DNA of 64,000 nt from Savitreella phatthalungensis. Taxonomy: Eukaryota. This document shows, piece by piece, positions 42,314 to 54,327 of this stretch (position 1 is its first letter; each line of letters opens with the position of its first letter). The notes beneath the pieces were generated by a model that saw only the letters and a program-made list of their open reading frames with translations, had not been told where the DNA came from and ran no database searches. The DNA is taken from assembly GCA_051599415.1 (NCBI GenBank), contig AP039698.1:1-64000 (forward strand), in the 5' to 3' direction. Both the position numbers and the translations under genes were made by a program.

Positions 42314-42763
42314 GCTACTATCAGCATTTTAAAAGTAGTAATACTCACATGATCTCTTTGTCTGTCGCCGTTGCATCGCCGATCTTGTGCAGGAGTAAGA
42401 TTGATTTGCCAGCCTCATACGCACATAGCTGCAAAAATGCCACTGTGGGCCGCAGAAGATCGATGAAATAATATATGTAGATTGTCCTTGTTATAGCGTC
42501 TGCTTGCCACCGGACGATAATTAATCGATCGGACAGGAGATCGAGTTACCGATGATTTGGAAAATCATCTGTGTATAATCAATCTAATATTAAGTGCATT
42601 TAAATTCCATTCAGCCCATGCTGACAAGAGCGGACAAGAAGCACGTGCATCTTGCCTATGCGTGCAATTTTAGCACGTGAGTCAAAATACTGCTCAATAT
42701 GGAGTCGCGAGATGTAAACAAATAGAAGTGCTTGTGGACGCGACTTACTTCCCCATCCAAGAA

Positions 42764-45700
42764 ATGTCTGCCAGACCAGCACGCCGGGCGACTGCGCGAA
42801 GCCGAATCATCGAGTCATCTGGCAGTGAAGGCGAGGATGATGTCTCACAGCTTATGACTCCAGCGCCGCGCGCAAGCAACAGAACGCGAAGAGGGAGTGC
42901 ATCTTCTCGTAATTCCAGTTCCAAGGCCGGTCAGGATCATGACTATACTCCAGCATCTGCCGCAAAACGCGCTGAATCGCATCCACGGCTCTCTCGATCC
43001 GTTTCTGCGACAAAGACAAGCTCTGCGGGAAGGAAGCCGCTCGCTGAAGTTTCCACACAAAGTAGACTGCCGCTGGTCGAATCGAAAGAGAAAAAGCAAG
43101 ACAAGGAAAATACATCTCCTCTCAGAGTTCCGTCTGAGTTCGAACGGCAGGACGAACAGCCTGAGGAGGGACGGAAGAGTGTCCTTCCACCTGCAAAAGT
43201 AGGCCCGGCGCGGATCGATCTCGAGACCGTCAACACCGCTGACTTAGCGAACGACTACCATGACGCATCGGCATCTGCGACCGGGCTCGAGCAGGCACCG
43301 AAGACGCGGATCGTCATATCGAAACTTGTGCTCGAGAACTTCAAATCCTATGCCGGAGTACAACGCATCGGTCCATTCCACAAGTCGTTCTCCGCCGTTG
43401 TCGGCCCGAACGGCTCTGGTAAGTCGAACGTGATCGACTCGCTCCTTTTTGTGTTCGGTTTCCGAGCTAGCAAGATGCGCCAGGGCAAGATTTCTGCCCT
43501 CATCCACAATTCTGCGACCAATCCAGATCTCACGTATTGTCAAGTGGAAGTCCATTTCGAGACTATCCACGAGTCTGCTGATCCAGCGGACTATCGTGTT
43601 GTGCCGGACAGCCAGATCATCGTGGCTCGACGCGCCTACAAGAACAACAGCAGCAGATATACAATCAATGGGCGAGAATCCAGCTTTACGGAAGTGACGA
43701 CACTGTTGCGGGAGCGCGGCATCGACCTCGATCACAAGCGTTTCCTAATTCTGCAGGGCGAGGTAGAATCAATTGCGCAAATGAAGCCAAAGGCTGCAAA
43801 TGAGCATGAAGACGGCCTGCTCGAATATCTCGAGGACATCATCGGGACGAGTAAATACAAGTTGCCAATTGAGGGAGCTCTGCAAAGGACCGAAGCCCTG
43901 AATGAGATCTGTCAAGAGAAGATCAGCCGAGTGCAGATCGTCGAGAAAGAGCGCTCGAGGCTGGAAGACCGCAAAGACGTTGCCGTGCGGCAGATTTGTC
44001 AGGAAAACGAGCTTGTCCTGAAGCAATCTTCGCTGTGGCAGCTCTATCATCATGAGACCACGCGCGACGCAGCTGCAACTCGTGAAGTCATCGCCGAGCT
44101 CGAGGCGGAGCGGAAATCGCTCGGGGACAATGACGAGCTTTTGCGTACTTTGGAGCTCAAGCACAGGCAAGCGATTAGGCAACACGACGAGCTCAAGGCA
44201 GTGTTGGACAGGCACCTCGAGGCCTCCGCTCTCGCCGAAAAGGCCAATGTCCAGATTCAGGAAAAGGTCAAGCATCTGGCTGCCAAGCAGAAGAAGCTCG
44301 CCAAAGCCAATGCCACGGCGCAGCAAGGCATCAGGGAATCCAATGCGACCATTCACGACGCTGAAAGGGAGATTCAAGCCGTGTCAAAGGAAATCGTCGA
44401 GCTCGAGGCTCGACTAGAGGTCGAGGACGGCGAGCTCTCGCAAATTCGAAATGCTTTGAAGCACAAGACTCAAGCCTTCACCGATGGAATCGAAGCGAAA
44501 CAGAAGCAGAAGCGTCCATGGGATAAGCAGATCGCTGCAAAAAAATCTGAGTTGGAGGTTGTCAAGGCCGAGGTGGGACTGCTCGAGGATGCGGCGCGGG
44601 GTGCCTCGGACGGGCTCGAGCGCGCGCGTTCCGAGTTGGAAGAGCTCCAACAAGAACAAAAGAACAAGCTGCGCGCTCAGCAGGACAATACGGGTCGTGT
44701 AGCGGAGGTAACGAGGCAATTGAAAACCCTGGAGGTTCAGATCGGTGAGGTTCGTCAGGCCGAATCTTCCGCGAAGAGTGAATACACAACAGCTAGACAG
44801 AGAGCGGATGAAGCTCGTGCTAGTTTGTCGGCCGTACAATCACAGGGCGCTGTTCTGAGCGGTCTAGGCCGACTCAGGGATGCTGGCCGCATCGACGGCT
44901 TTCATGGAAGGCTCGGCGATCTTGGGCGCATCGACGAAATGTACGATGTTGCGATCTCGACTGCCTGTCCACAGCTCGATAATATCGTTGTCGAAACGGT
45001 CGAGACAGGTCAGCAGTGCATCGAACACTTACGCAAGAACAATCTCGGTCGGGCGATGTTCATTCTCCTCGATCGCCTGCCGAATCGCGATCTCTCCCGG
45101 GTCGATACACCAGAGAATGCGCCACGGCTATTTGACCTCGTTGAACCACGGGAGCCGCGTTTTGCACCAGCATTCTATTCGGTCCTACAAAACACATTAG
45201 TGGCCAGGGATCTCGACCAAGCGAATCGTCTAGCCTATGGTAAGACCCGCTGGCGCGTCGTCACGTTAGACGGGCAGCTAATCGACAAGTCTGGAGCTAT
45301 GACTGGTGGAGGCCAGAAGGTGGCCAAGGGTGGCATGTCGTCGAAATTCGCCGCGAATGGCGTCGAGTCACAAGCATCGGTCACGAAGCTCGAGCAGGCC
45401 CGGGACCGATCAGAAAAGGTATTCGACGATGTGCGAGCGAAGATGGCAGATCTGGAAGCGGAGCATGTCTCGTTGCAGCAGGAGCTGCCACGCCTTCATC
45501 TGTCTGCTCGCAAACTTGTCCTCGAGCTCGAGACACTCGATTCACAAAGGACGGACCTGACGGCGTCAATCGACGAGATGCAGCGTGCGGCTGGCGATGG
45601 CTCTTTGGACGCACAGGACAAGAAGCGCTCGCTGCAACAGCGGATCAGCTCTCTGGAGGCCGACATCTTTAAATTGCAAAACGAGACTGCCGACCTCGAC

Positions 45701-47161
45701 CAGGAGATTCAGTCGTTACAAGAGCAGATTCTCGAGGTCGGAGGCATCAAATTACGGACGCAGAGCTCAAAGTGCAGCTCTCTGAAGGAACAGATCGCCC
45801 TATTGCAGGACCGCCTTGACAAGGTTCAGTTCTCGAAGTTGCGTGCTGGCAAGGACTTGACGAGAGTATCGAAGCAGCTAGAGACCGGCGAAGCTGAACA
45901 TCAGTCGGTCGAGCAAGAGTTGTCTGCTTTACAGGAACTTGCGGATTCTGACATGAAGTCGAGCCGTCGCAATCCTGTTAACAAGGACGTTACACAGGCC
46001 GAAGAGGCAGTCGATCGCTCCGCAGAAGACATCAAGGCCATCAAGAAGGAACTTGATACTGAACAAAAGGCGGCGCAAGGCGTTCGAGCGAAGGGGCTCG
46101 AGCTCAAGAATCGTCTCGAGGAGCACAACAAGCGACTCGGTGATAGTGAGCGCAAGGCGATTCACTGGCGCGAGAAGTTGATGACGCTCGTACTACAGCC
46201 ACTTCCTTCGTATTTGACGGAGCATACAGAGAGGACGCCTGGCAGTGATGAGGGTACTGACTCTGAGGACGAAGACGAGACCGGCGCTTTCGATGCAGCT
46301 GAGCAAATCTCGGACCTCGGTGAATCTCTGGTCGATGAGGAGGACAGCCACGGAAACAGCGCGACACCAGTAAAGACAATCCGACGTCGGCCGGCTCATC
46401 AGAACCGTCTCGCCGGGCCTGATCCACAGCATTCAGCTCGAACGGAAAGTTCGGAGCTTCACGAGTTGAGTCCAGATGAGCTGGAGAGCCTCAATCGCGA
46501 TAGCTTGAAGCGGGATATTGAGAAGCTCGAGAAGGCGTGCGATGCACAGAAAGTGGATCTTAGCGTGCTGGAAGAGTACCGCCGGCGATGTGAAGAGCTG
46601 TCCGAGCGGCAAGGATCGCTCGATGAGGCCATACGTGAGCGCGATAGCGCACGGTCACAGGCCGATGACCTGCGCCGACGGCGACTGACAGAGTTCATGC
46701 GCGGCTTCGCACAGATATCTCAACGGCTTAAGGAAATGTACCAGATGATCACAATGGGAGGCAATGCGGAGCTGGAACTGGTGGATTCGCTGGATCCTTT
46801 CAGCGAAGGCATCCTCTTCAGCGTGATGCCGCCGCGCAAATCCTGGAAAAATATTTCCAACCTTTCTGGTGGCGAGAAGACACTGTCCTCGCTCGCGCTG
46901 GTTTTCGCCCTGCATCACTACAAGCCCACTCCGTTGTACGTGATGGATGAAATCGACGCTGCTCTGGACTTCCGAAATGTGTCGATCGTGGCAAACTACA
47001 TTCGCGACCGGACAAAGAATGCTCAATTCATTGTCATATCTCTCCGCAACAACATGTTTGAGCTGGCTGCTAGACTTGTCGGCATATACAAAACACGGGA
47101 CATGACCAAGTCAATAGCCATCGACAACCGAGACATTCTCGGCGAGTCGAGCTCAGCTTAA
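42764..47161 (+). CDS. SMC4: Condensin SMC subunit 4
   Basis: NFKSYAG, GPFHKSF, GPNGSGKSN, hinge GRLGDLG, LSGGEKT and MDEIDAALD. Confidence 0.98.
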   Translation: MSARPARRATARSRIIESSGSEGEDDVSQLMTPAPRASNRTRRGSASSRNSSSKAGQDHDYTPASAAKRAESHPRLSRSVSATKTSSAGRKPLAEVSTQSRLPLVESKEKKQDKENTSPLRVPSEFERQDEQPEEGRKSVLPPAKVGPARIDLETVNTADLANDYHDASASATGLEQAPKTRIVISKLVLENFKSYAGVQRIGPFHKSFSAVVGPNGSGKSNVIDSLLFVFGFRASKMRQGKISALIHNSATNPDLTYCQVEVHFETIHESADPADYRVVPDSQIIVARRAYKNNSSRYTINGRESSFTEVTTLLRERGIDLDHKRFLILQGEVESIAQMKPKAANEHEDGLLEYLEDIIGTSKYKLPIEGALQRTEALNEICQEKISRVQIVEKERSRLEDRKDVAVRQICQENELVLKQSSLWQLYHHETTRDAAATREVIAELEAERKSLGDNDELLRTLELKHRQAIRQHDELKAVLDRHLEASALAEKANVQIQEKVKHLAAKQKKLAKANATAQQGIRESNATIHDAEREIQAVSKEIVELEARLEVEDGELSQIRNALKHKTQAFTDGIEAKQKQKRPWDKQIAAKKSELEVVKAEVGLLEDAARGASDGLERARSELEELQQEQKNKLRAQQDNTGRVAEVTRQLKTLEVQIGEVRQAESSAKSEYTTARQRADEARASLSAVQSQGAVLSGLGRLRDAGRIDGFHGRLGDLGRIDEMYDVAISTACPQLDNIVVETVETGQQCIEHLRKNNLGRAMFILLDRLPNRDLSRVDTPENAPRLFDLVEPREPRFAPAFYSVLQNTLVARDLDQANRLAYGKTRWRVVTLDGQLIDKSGAMTGGGQKVAKGGMSSKFAANGVESQASVTKLEQARDRSEKVFDDVRAKMADLEAEHVSLQQELPRLHLSARKLVLELETLDSQRTDLTASIDEMQRAAGDGSLDAQDKKRSLQQRISSLEADIFKLQNETADLDQEIQSLQEQILEVGGIKLRTQSSKCSSLKEQIALLQDRLDKVQFSKLRAGKDLTRVSKQLETGEAEHQSVEQELSALQELADSDMKSSRRNPVNKDVTQAEEAVDRSAEDIKAIKKELDTEQKAAQGVRAKGLELKNRLEEHNKRLGDSERKAIHWREKLMTLVLQPLPSYLTEHTERTPGSDEGTDSEDEDETGAFDAAEQISDLGESLVDEEDSHGNSATPVKTIRRRPAHQNRLAGPDPQHSARTESSELHELSPDELESLNRDSLKRDIEKLEKACDAQKVDLSVLEEYRRRCEELSERQGSLDEAIRERDSARSQADDLRRRRLTEFMRGFAQISQRLKEMYQMITMGGNAELELVDSLDPFSEGILFSVMPPRKSWKNISNLSGGEKTLSSLALVFALHHYKPTPLYVMDEIDAALDFRNVSIVANYIRDRTKNAQFIVISLRNNMFELAARLVGIYKTRDMTKSIAIDNRDILGESSSA

Positions 47162-47346
47162 ACTATCAAAGACATCCATTGTACAGCTCACCTCAAGCTC
47201 AAGCAACCATGATCTCGAGCTCTTAATATGAATAAATTATACGTTTGACCGGCGGGAGTGCGGCGCACCACACAAGAAACTCCGGTCTGTGGAGCGCGGT
47301 AGGTATCACTATATTATTTTCATTTCTTCGATTCTGGGTCATACCA

Positions 47347-47471
47347 GGCTGCGTGGTAGAGTGGTCTAATATCCTCCCTTCGGGTGCTAAACCCGCTGAT
47401 TTCGAATCAGCGTTAGCCTGCGTCATGCAGGAGTATGGGAGGGGTCGCGCGTTCGAATCGCGCCGCAGCCC
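47347..47471 (+). tRNA. tRNA-Pro(CGG) with a 51-nt intron (47385-47435)
   Basis: Acceptor GGCTGCG/CGCAGCC with discriminator C; anticodon stem CTCCC/GGGAG with TT-CGG-G; T arm GCGCG-TTCGAAT-CGCGC. Confidence 0.92.
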
Positions 47472-47607
47472 TGAGACCCCACAATTTAAATCCACGGTTG
47501 AGTTTGATCTCGACTTTCTTTTTCCTTTTCTCGATTCATCCTCGTATTGTATGGTACACCGAACCGTGCCTTTTGAGCTTCGTGCTGGTTCAGGAACTTG
47601 ATGTCAT

Positions 47608-48915
47608 TTATTCGTCCTTACGATGGGTGCTCGTCAGACTATCGTCGTATTGCCAGGCATCACGCAAGACACCCTGGCTCCAGGCTGCATAAAGCCCTGC
47701 AAGCATACATGCGGGGGATAGGTAGATCAGTGCTGGCTGGGCATGCTGAAATACGTGCAGTGCCGTCATGCAGGAAACTAGTCCGATGATGTATGAAGCA
47801 TACGCCGCACGGAAGAAAGGCGTGCGCCGAAGACCTTGTTGCCTTGCCCACCGAAGACGCTTACCCGCTTTGTCAGCGGCACGAACCAGTGGTCTGTAGT
47901 GAAGCTCAGCATCGAAGCGTCTGCAGAGCGCCACGAAGATTCCCGGTATCACCACATCGCCCAGACCAAGCATGGCCATTCTGCGATCGTCGAATAATGA
48001 GCGTTTGAGCATATCCGCGTTGAAGTGACCTGAGATTATTAGCCGGAAGGCGTCTGCTCCACAATCTCGTGGCACGACCAGTTTGATAGGAAGGTCATTT
48101 AGGCCGCTCGCCACCGCAACCATGATCGGAGTCTTGAAGACGAAGAATGCATCATATGCGAGCAGTGCGCTCAACAAGAGATATGCCGTTGCGAAAGAGT
48201 CGAGCTTGATCAATTGCAGGGCGTCAATGGCGAAGCTGATGGCAAGAGCATTTGTCAGCGGCCATGCGTTCACATTGACCTGCTTGCTTTTGTCTGCCCC
48301 GTGCATGGGTGACTGTAGGCCGATCCAAAAGTAGCACGTCACCATGATTAGTGCGACGGGAATGGCATAGCGATAGCGAGACTCAAGCATGAATGTGACG
48401 ACGTCATGCTCGTCATTTTGCAGTGCTCGTAGCTTCTGCCGGCGCTGTCGTCTGGACGGATACTGAACCAGCGAAAGGCGGACGCGCCATGCTCGTGTAA
48501 TGCGAAAAAGCACAGGTGCCTGATCCCGCGTCAACCACTCGGGCACGAATAATGCTGCAGATCGTGCGACAGACAGGACTCCTGCTGCACAGAAGTATAC
48601 CCTGAGTAATAGATTGAGCCAAGCAGCCGATAGATATTTTAACGCAACGTAAATGCATGTCAAGACCGCTCCTCCGATGACTGGAAGAAGTAACGCATCT
48701 GAAGTTGAGAGGTATTCCAGAGCCTCCTCCTCTTCACCATAGTCGTCTTCGTCGTCTTCGTCATTGTCGGGGGGATTTGACTGGCTCTGCCATGCCCGAT
48801 GGTGTGACCGAACGCTGGGAGGTCGTCCACACGACCGGATCGCACCTATCCGAATCGGTACGATTGCCAGAGCGAGCAAAGCAGCGGACGCTAGCATCGA
48901 CGAGACTTCTGGCAT
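47608..48915 (-). CDS. Signal peptide peptidase (GxGD intramembrane aspartyl protease)
   Basis: YD.FFVF.T..MV.VA, LPIKL, MLGLGD..IPG and QPAL.YLSP. Confidence 0.95.
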   Translation of the reverse strand: MPEVSSMLASAALLALAIVPIRIGAIRSCGRPPSVRSHHRAWQSQSNPPDNDEDDEDDYGEEEEALEYLSTSDALLLPVIGGAVLTCIYVALKYLSAAWLNLLLRVYFCAAGVLSVARSAALFVPEWLTRDQAPVLFRITRAWRVRLSLVQYPSRRQRRQKLRALQNDEHDVVTFMLESRYRYAIPVALIMVTCYFWIGLQSPMHGADKSKQVNVNAWPLTNALAISFAIDALQLIKLDSFATAYLLLSALLAYDAFFVFKTPIMVAVASGLNDLPIKLVVPRDCGADAFRLIISGHFNADMLKRSLFDDRRMAMLGLGDVVIPGIFVALCRRFDAELHYRPLVRAADKAGKRLRWARQQGLRRTPFFRAAYASYIIGLVSCMTALHVFQHAQPALIYLSPACMLAGLYAAWSQGVLRDAWQYDDSLTSTHRKDE

Positions 48916-49255
48916 CTTCGACGTCACTTCCTTGCACGCGGCTAATCATGCATCCGTGATCGTAACTCCGGCAGCTTTATTTCGTAGATAACGAGAAAAT
49001 CGACCTTTCTACCGCGCCACGACACGACCAAACATGTCAAGGCTTCCACAGCAAGGACTTGAATCCGAATTTGGCGACTACAGCGACGATCATAATGAGG
49101 ATAGTAATGATCATTAGGCTGATTGTTTCTGTACTTGTATATAAGGATGGAATGCACTTTGCCTCTCATGCCCGCTCCTGGACTGTCTGCATGTCGTCAT
49201 TTGTACAACGTTTTGGCATACTGCGTGTGATGGCTCGACCAAGCAAGCACGGAAT

Positions 49256-50315
49256 TCAATGATGTTGAGCATGAGCAGCCTGTTGCTGCTGCTGGTGCTG
49301 CTGCTGATTGTACTCGTTCAGTACCGAGGCGCCATGGCCCGGTAGGCCTTTCACGAGGATGTGTCGTTTGAGAGCGTCTTTGCGACTGAAGGATTTGTCG
49401 CACGATGGACATGGAAACGGCTTGATAGCGAGGTGGATGCGCTTATGTCTTTTTAGGTCGTGAGAACGCTGGAAAGATTGTGGACATTGATCGCACTTGA
49501 AAGGTCGCTCTCCGGTCGTCATGGGTCCCCGGGGATTGCGAGGAATCGCGTATGGAGATGCTCCCATCGGTCCCCCATAAGCGCCGTAACCACCTGGCAC
49601 GGCTGGGGCCCCGTAGCTCCCTGAACTGCCATATGGCCGATAGACGCTAGTTTGATCCTGCGAAGCTTCGCGCTGATGCGATCCGCCTGTAGCGCCTCCG
49701 TACATGGAGCTAGCGCTCTGTGTGTTGGCAGTGTAGCCCTGTTGCCCGTAGATCCCGCCGTAGCCGCTATATTGTGCAGCCTGCTGTTGATAACCATTCG
49801 CCGGTGCGCTGTTCTGCACCCCATACGTGGCGTAACCACCGTACCCGCCATACGACGGCTGCTGTCCGTGCTGAACTCCGTTGAAGTTATCGTGTTGCTG
49901 TGACTGCTGCTGCTGCTGTTGATGAGGCTGCTGTTGCTGCTGCGGCTGCTGTTGACCGACCTGGAGTTGCGCTTGCTCCACTCCGACATGATTTTTCAGA
50001 TCCGTACTGAGCGTATTCGAGCGTGTGTGCGCATGTTGCTGTTGGAGCGGCGTTGCGCGCGCAGCGTACGCACTACTGTAGGGATTTGCAGTAGATGCAT
50101 AGTTGTTGTTCGTCCCGTTGCTGAATCCTGTCTGCTGCCCACCGTAGGCACCGTTCTGAGGTGTGTAGCTCAACGACGGCTGCTGCGAATGCGATCTCGA
50201 CGCACCGCTGGATGGCAGTTGAGCTTGCGTGTGCCCATGCTGATGTTGCTGCTGCTGCTGATTGTGTTGATGTTGCTGATGTTGCTGATGTTGCTGGTGT
50301 TGCTGGTGTTGCAAG

Positions 50316-50375
<60 letters not shown>

Positions 50376-50722
50376 TGCTGCTGAATACCTGGCCAGTATG
50401 GCGCATTACCCATGCCATAGACGTTGCTTGCGCTAGATTGCTGATGCGTGGTGGAGTGCGACTGGCTTTGCACGGCCTGATGCTGGTGTTGTTGATTCGA
50501 ACGATCAGGCTGGCTGTATGCGGCATAATCCGCTCCATTCTGAGTCGTCGGTGTGTTTGAAAATTGTCTCTGCGGGAGTTGAAAAGGCGGGAGCGTCTGT
50601 GCCATCGTACGACGACTGGTCAAACTATTGTCGCTGTGACCTTGTCCTGGCAGTGAACCTGCAGTCATGCCGTCGAGCTGACTGCTACGCGACTGAGGGA
50701 GACCGTACACTTTCCCAGACAT
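49256..50722 (-). CDS. C2H2 zinc-finger transcription factor with Gln-rich low-complexity region
   Basis: ERPFKCDQCPQSF.R.HDLKRHKRIHLA.KPFPC..CDKSFSRKDALKRH.LVK plus polyQ. Confidence 0.92.
50318..50383 (-). repeat. CAG/CAA microsatellite encoding Q22
   Basis: 22 consecutive Gln codons. Confidence 0.95.
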
Positions 50723-52384
50723 TGCACTGCGGAATGCGAATCCTGAAGCTGCGGTAGCGGTTGTCAGTGTACGTGCGCGTCCGTCCTGGGTCGCGGTTCC
50801 TCAATCCACAACACGCGCTCGCCCACACGAGCTCACAAGACGCAGATCCTAACGCCCTGCTAATCTATTCGCGACGTGTGACACCTGTCAAGCGGACACA
50901 AGATCGCCTCCAGATAGATTCGTCACCGGCCCAATTTGACAATCTGTTCACAAGAATGATTGCTGGTTCGATGTCCTTGCAGTCGATCGTCCGTCAGCCT
51001 TTGCGCGATGTCTTCTGGGTATGTTCTGGCTCCAAACTCGACTGGGTGAGCGCAGCAAGATGGGCAAGTGTAGCGAAGGAAGCGGGTGTGTGGGCAAATT
51101 GGGGGAGACAGCGGGCGAGGCGTCTTTGGGGGCTTCTGCCACGGCGTTGTTCGACGAAGAAAAATGCTCTTTCACCTCTCATATCTGGACAGGCCAGAGG
51201 CTTGGACTGGCGTTGTTGCTCTAGAGCGTCATCTTTTAAGAATTTGACTTGCGAGAGACTGTCGACTGTGAAATTCTTTTCCTTTGACTCGGCTGTCATC
51301 AGATATGATATCTATTCTATCTAGGTCAAAACAATAACACTCGGCTGTCGGACTTATTTCAGATTGTCGGCTTTCTTGAGAGTTTCGTCATCGACTCGGC
51401 AAGACGAGCGCCTGCTTCGTCAGCCACGTCAGCGACCAATCTTGACTTCTTTTATCTCTCTGTCAAACTTTGGAGTTTTCCCATGTCGTTGACTGTATTA
51501 AGCTGCAAGCACGATCTGAACTTGCTTCTTCACTGTTGTGTGTCTGCTTTTGTGTGCGATCTTCAAGCTCAATTGGTAGTCTTCCCCCAAGTTCGTGGAT
51601 GGTGCCGATCGGCTGTATTCATGATGGATGCATCTAGCGTGTTATACTGCTTGCATTGACTGGCCATTGTATGGGCTTCACCCAAAAGATTCGCCTGCTC
51701 TCTTGAACTGCATGTCCGTAGCTGTTCATGCTCATGGAAGTAGGCCAATAGAGTGGCTTTGTGGATGGTAACACGTCGTGTAAGCGCTCTCGGTCCGATC
51801 CTGCCCCCACCGTTCTCGAAGTGATGCCTTGATCAAAAGGCAGAGCTTTACCTGAGTCGTCGCGACGAGGCCTTGGTCAAGACTCTCTGGAAATGCCCGT
51901 CTTTCCATGAGCGCATCATGGGCAGTTGGTGATCGCATTTGTACATCGAATCTCGACTCTGCCTCAATCGTTCAACAGCGCTGTGCATGTCAGTATACTC
52001 AATAAAGCGTTGATCAGGCCGATGACATGAAGTTGACCAAAGTAACCACTTCATCTTCCTATCTCACTCTTGATCGAGCACATGAGAACTTAAAGATTAC
52101 GTCCTCTAATCAGACTGCCATCTGGCGCTGTTTTTGGTACCTTTGTGAGATTCTGCCTCGACATGCCGTAAGCTATCATGGGTTGATAGCAGGCTCTAGC
52201 TCGCGTGAGTCTTGTCTGAGATCCTAAAACTCAATGTAGCCGCGTGCCTTGGCTCGAATATGCACAACGTGATTAGTACGACTTTGATCGCTCTTCCTTT
52301 AGTTCTTCCAACATAGGGTACACTGAAACATTCAATGCGACTAGATACGCTTGGAACATAGTCCGCCAGACGCTGAGCGGGACG

Positions 52385-53182
52385 ATGGAAGCATACTGGC
52401 ATCGATACGAGCAGCTCGTTGGTGGCGTGATGCTCTTGAGCGCTAGTTTGTGCGCGATCCTAGTTGCGAGCGCCACTCCTGCACATCCGATTGCCCTGCA
52501 TCGATTTTCTGCCTGTAGCGTACATGTCGCCGGCACAACAGGTCCGCCGGACAATCGCACAACAAGCGGGGTTCTACCTCTCATGCTGCGCACAAAGTCC
52601 GGTATATATGAGAACGTTACGCGATCGAGAATTGATATCAGTGCATGGGGATATTGTATTAGGGACTATGTTCAGGACGACGAGCTCGGCTTGGTGCAAA
52701 TGCCACCGAATTGCTCGAATACCGCGCTAGGGTCTATGTCATTTGAGACTGCCCTCGATCAACGAGGAGTGGATACAGGACATGTTCACGCCGTCAACAA
52801 AACAGTGCGATTGCCTGAATCATTTTCAGCTTCGGTCATCTGCGGATTCATCGCTGCAGGACTTTCTCTACTGGCTTTACTGGTCAGTGCGCTGGCAGTA
52901 CGAATCAGGTCTCGTGGTCTTCACTCAGTATCTCTCTTTTTCGTCATACCATGCTTCAGCTTCGCGCTTATGCAGAACATCTCGTGGTTTCTGTCGGCGA
53001 ATATTCTACATAAACTGGAGAATGAGCTCAACAATCGCGTGTCACAGCCTTCTGCCAATACATTCCAGGGCTCTTTCGTACAGGTCGACACAACTAATGC
53101 AAGCACGGGCCTCATTGTCTACGTGCTTGTCGCGACCCTGCTCGGCGCGATGGCGCTTAGTTATAGAAACTTCGCGTCTTGA
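52385..53182 (+). CDS. SUR7/PalI-like membrane protein
   Basis: N-terminal TM helix, extracellular WGYC...C loop with N-glycosylation sequons, and three further TM helices. Confidence 0.65.
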   Translation: MEAYWHRYEQLVGGVMLLSASLCAILVASATPAHPIALHRFSACSVHVAGTTGPPDNRTTSGVLPLMLRTKSGIYENVTRSRIDISAWGYCIRDYVQDDELGLVQMPPNCSNTALGSMSFETALDQRGVDTGHVHAVNKTVRLPESFSASVICGFIAAGLSLLALLVSALAVRIRSRGLHSVSLFFVIPCFSFALMQNISWFLSANILHKLENELNNRVSQPSANTFQGSFVQVDTTNASTGLIVYVLVATLLGAMALSYRNFAS

Positions 53183-53472
53183 AATTCGATGTTCCAGAAC
53201 ATTTGTTCGTGAGATCTCGCTCAGACAACTTGTCAATGGGGTATGACGCCGCTGTCGTGGAAATACGTTGTCCAAAATGTTGTTGCCACTATAGCTGTAT
53301 ATATAACCATATAGTCGACCAAAATATTTATCAAAGTCACGTGACCTTGGGCTAATCGTCCAGTATAGACCAGACTTAACAACACGCGTCGCCTGAAGTA
53401 TCGTCACACTTCATTCGTAGGAGCGCCAATTAGATCGGCGACGTCACTTTGACCTGCGCACGTCCTGCCTTC

Positions 53473-54327
53473 ATGGCTGCTATAATCAAGCGCGACATAA
53501 ACAAAATCGGTACAGAGCAGTCGGAGTTTCCTTCGGTCTGCGAACGGTGCCTGGGTCCGAAGACGTACATGCGCATGCTCAAACAACCGGGCGGCGAGGA
53601 GTGTAAGATTTGTGCACGACCCTTCACTGTATACCGGTGGCGTGTACCCGGTCAGAGCAAAAATCAAAAGACAGTCGTCTGCAATGGGTGTTGTAGAGCT
53701 CGCAATTGTTGCGCGATCTGCATGCTCGACTTGCAATTCGGCTTGCCCACGCAGGTCCGCGATGCAGCTTTGAAGCTCGCTGACGAGAAAAAGACAGCCG
53801 TCAATCGACAGTTCCAAGCGCAGCAGGCAAGCGCAGGGGACGGTAGCGCGCTTGAAAAATATGGGGGCAAGTCGGAATCTGCAGCGCGCGATCTACTCAG
53901 GCGCTTAGCAAATTCAAAGCCATATGATCGTACGGGCATAGAATCGCACAGCGACAAGAAGTCAGAGACGGCACGGTCGCGAAAGCAAAGCTTGCAAACT
54001 GCAGATGGCTCGATTGAACCACCACCGGACAAGTCCATCACATCCCTGCTCTTGCTCGGCGTAAGCGATGAGCTCCCAGAGCACGCAATACGCTCTTTCT
54101 TCTCAACGCATGGACAGCTGCGATCTGTCGTATGCTCGCATAGATCGAAGTGCGCATTCGTGAACTTCACTGATCGTAATTATGCGGAGCGAGCAGCAGG
54201 CGCTTGCCCCGAAGGCAAGCTCACTTTACGTGGGGTTCCTTTGCGCGTGCAATGGGCAAAGCCGCGCCTGCTATCCGGTTTCCATAACGAGAAGCGCAAC
54301 GCGGCCATCATTGATGCTGGCCGATGA
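53473..54327 (+). CDS. SLT11: Pre-mRNA splicing factor Slt11/Ecm2 (RBM22 family)
   Basis: FPSVCE.CL, ECKIC.RPFT..RW, KT..C..C.R..NCC..CMLDL.FGLP..VRD, and RRM CAFVNF. Confidence 0.93.
   Translation: MAAIIKRDINKIGTEQSEFPSVCERCLGPKTYMRMLKQPGGEECKICARPFTVYRWRVPGQSKNQKTVVCNGCCRARNCCAICMLDLQFGLPTQVRDAALKLADEKKTAVNRQFQAQQASAGDGSALEKYGGKSESAARDLLRRLANSKPYDRTGIESHSDKKSETARSRKQSLQTADGSIEPPPDKSITSLLLLGVSDELPEHAIRSFFSTHGQLRSVVCSHRSKCAFVNFTDRNYAERAAGACPEGKLTLRGVPLRVQWAKPRLLSGFHNEKRNAAIIDAGR

Noticed and set aside
49919..50560. Antisense poly-Leu, poly-Ala and poly-Ser ORFs
   Set aside because: These are shadow frames of the CAG/CAA repeats in the C2H2 gene.
50761..51324. 187-aa ORF starting at TTG
   Set aside because: Non-ATG start, no domain, and it lies in the probable 5' region of the C2H2 gene.
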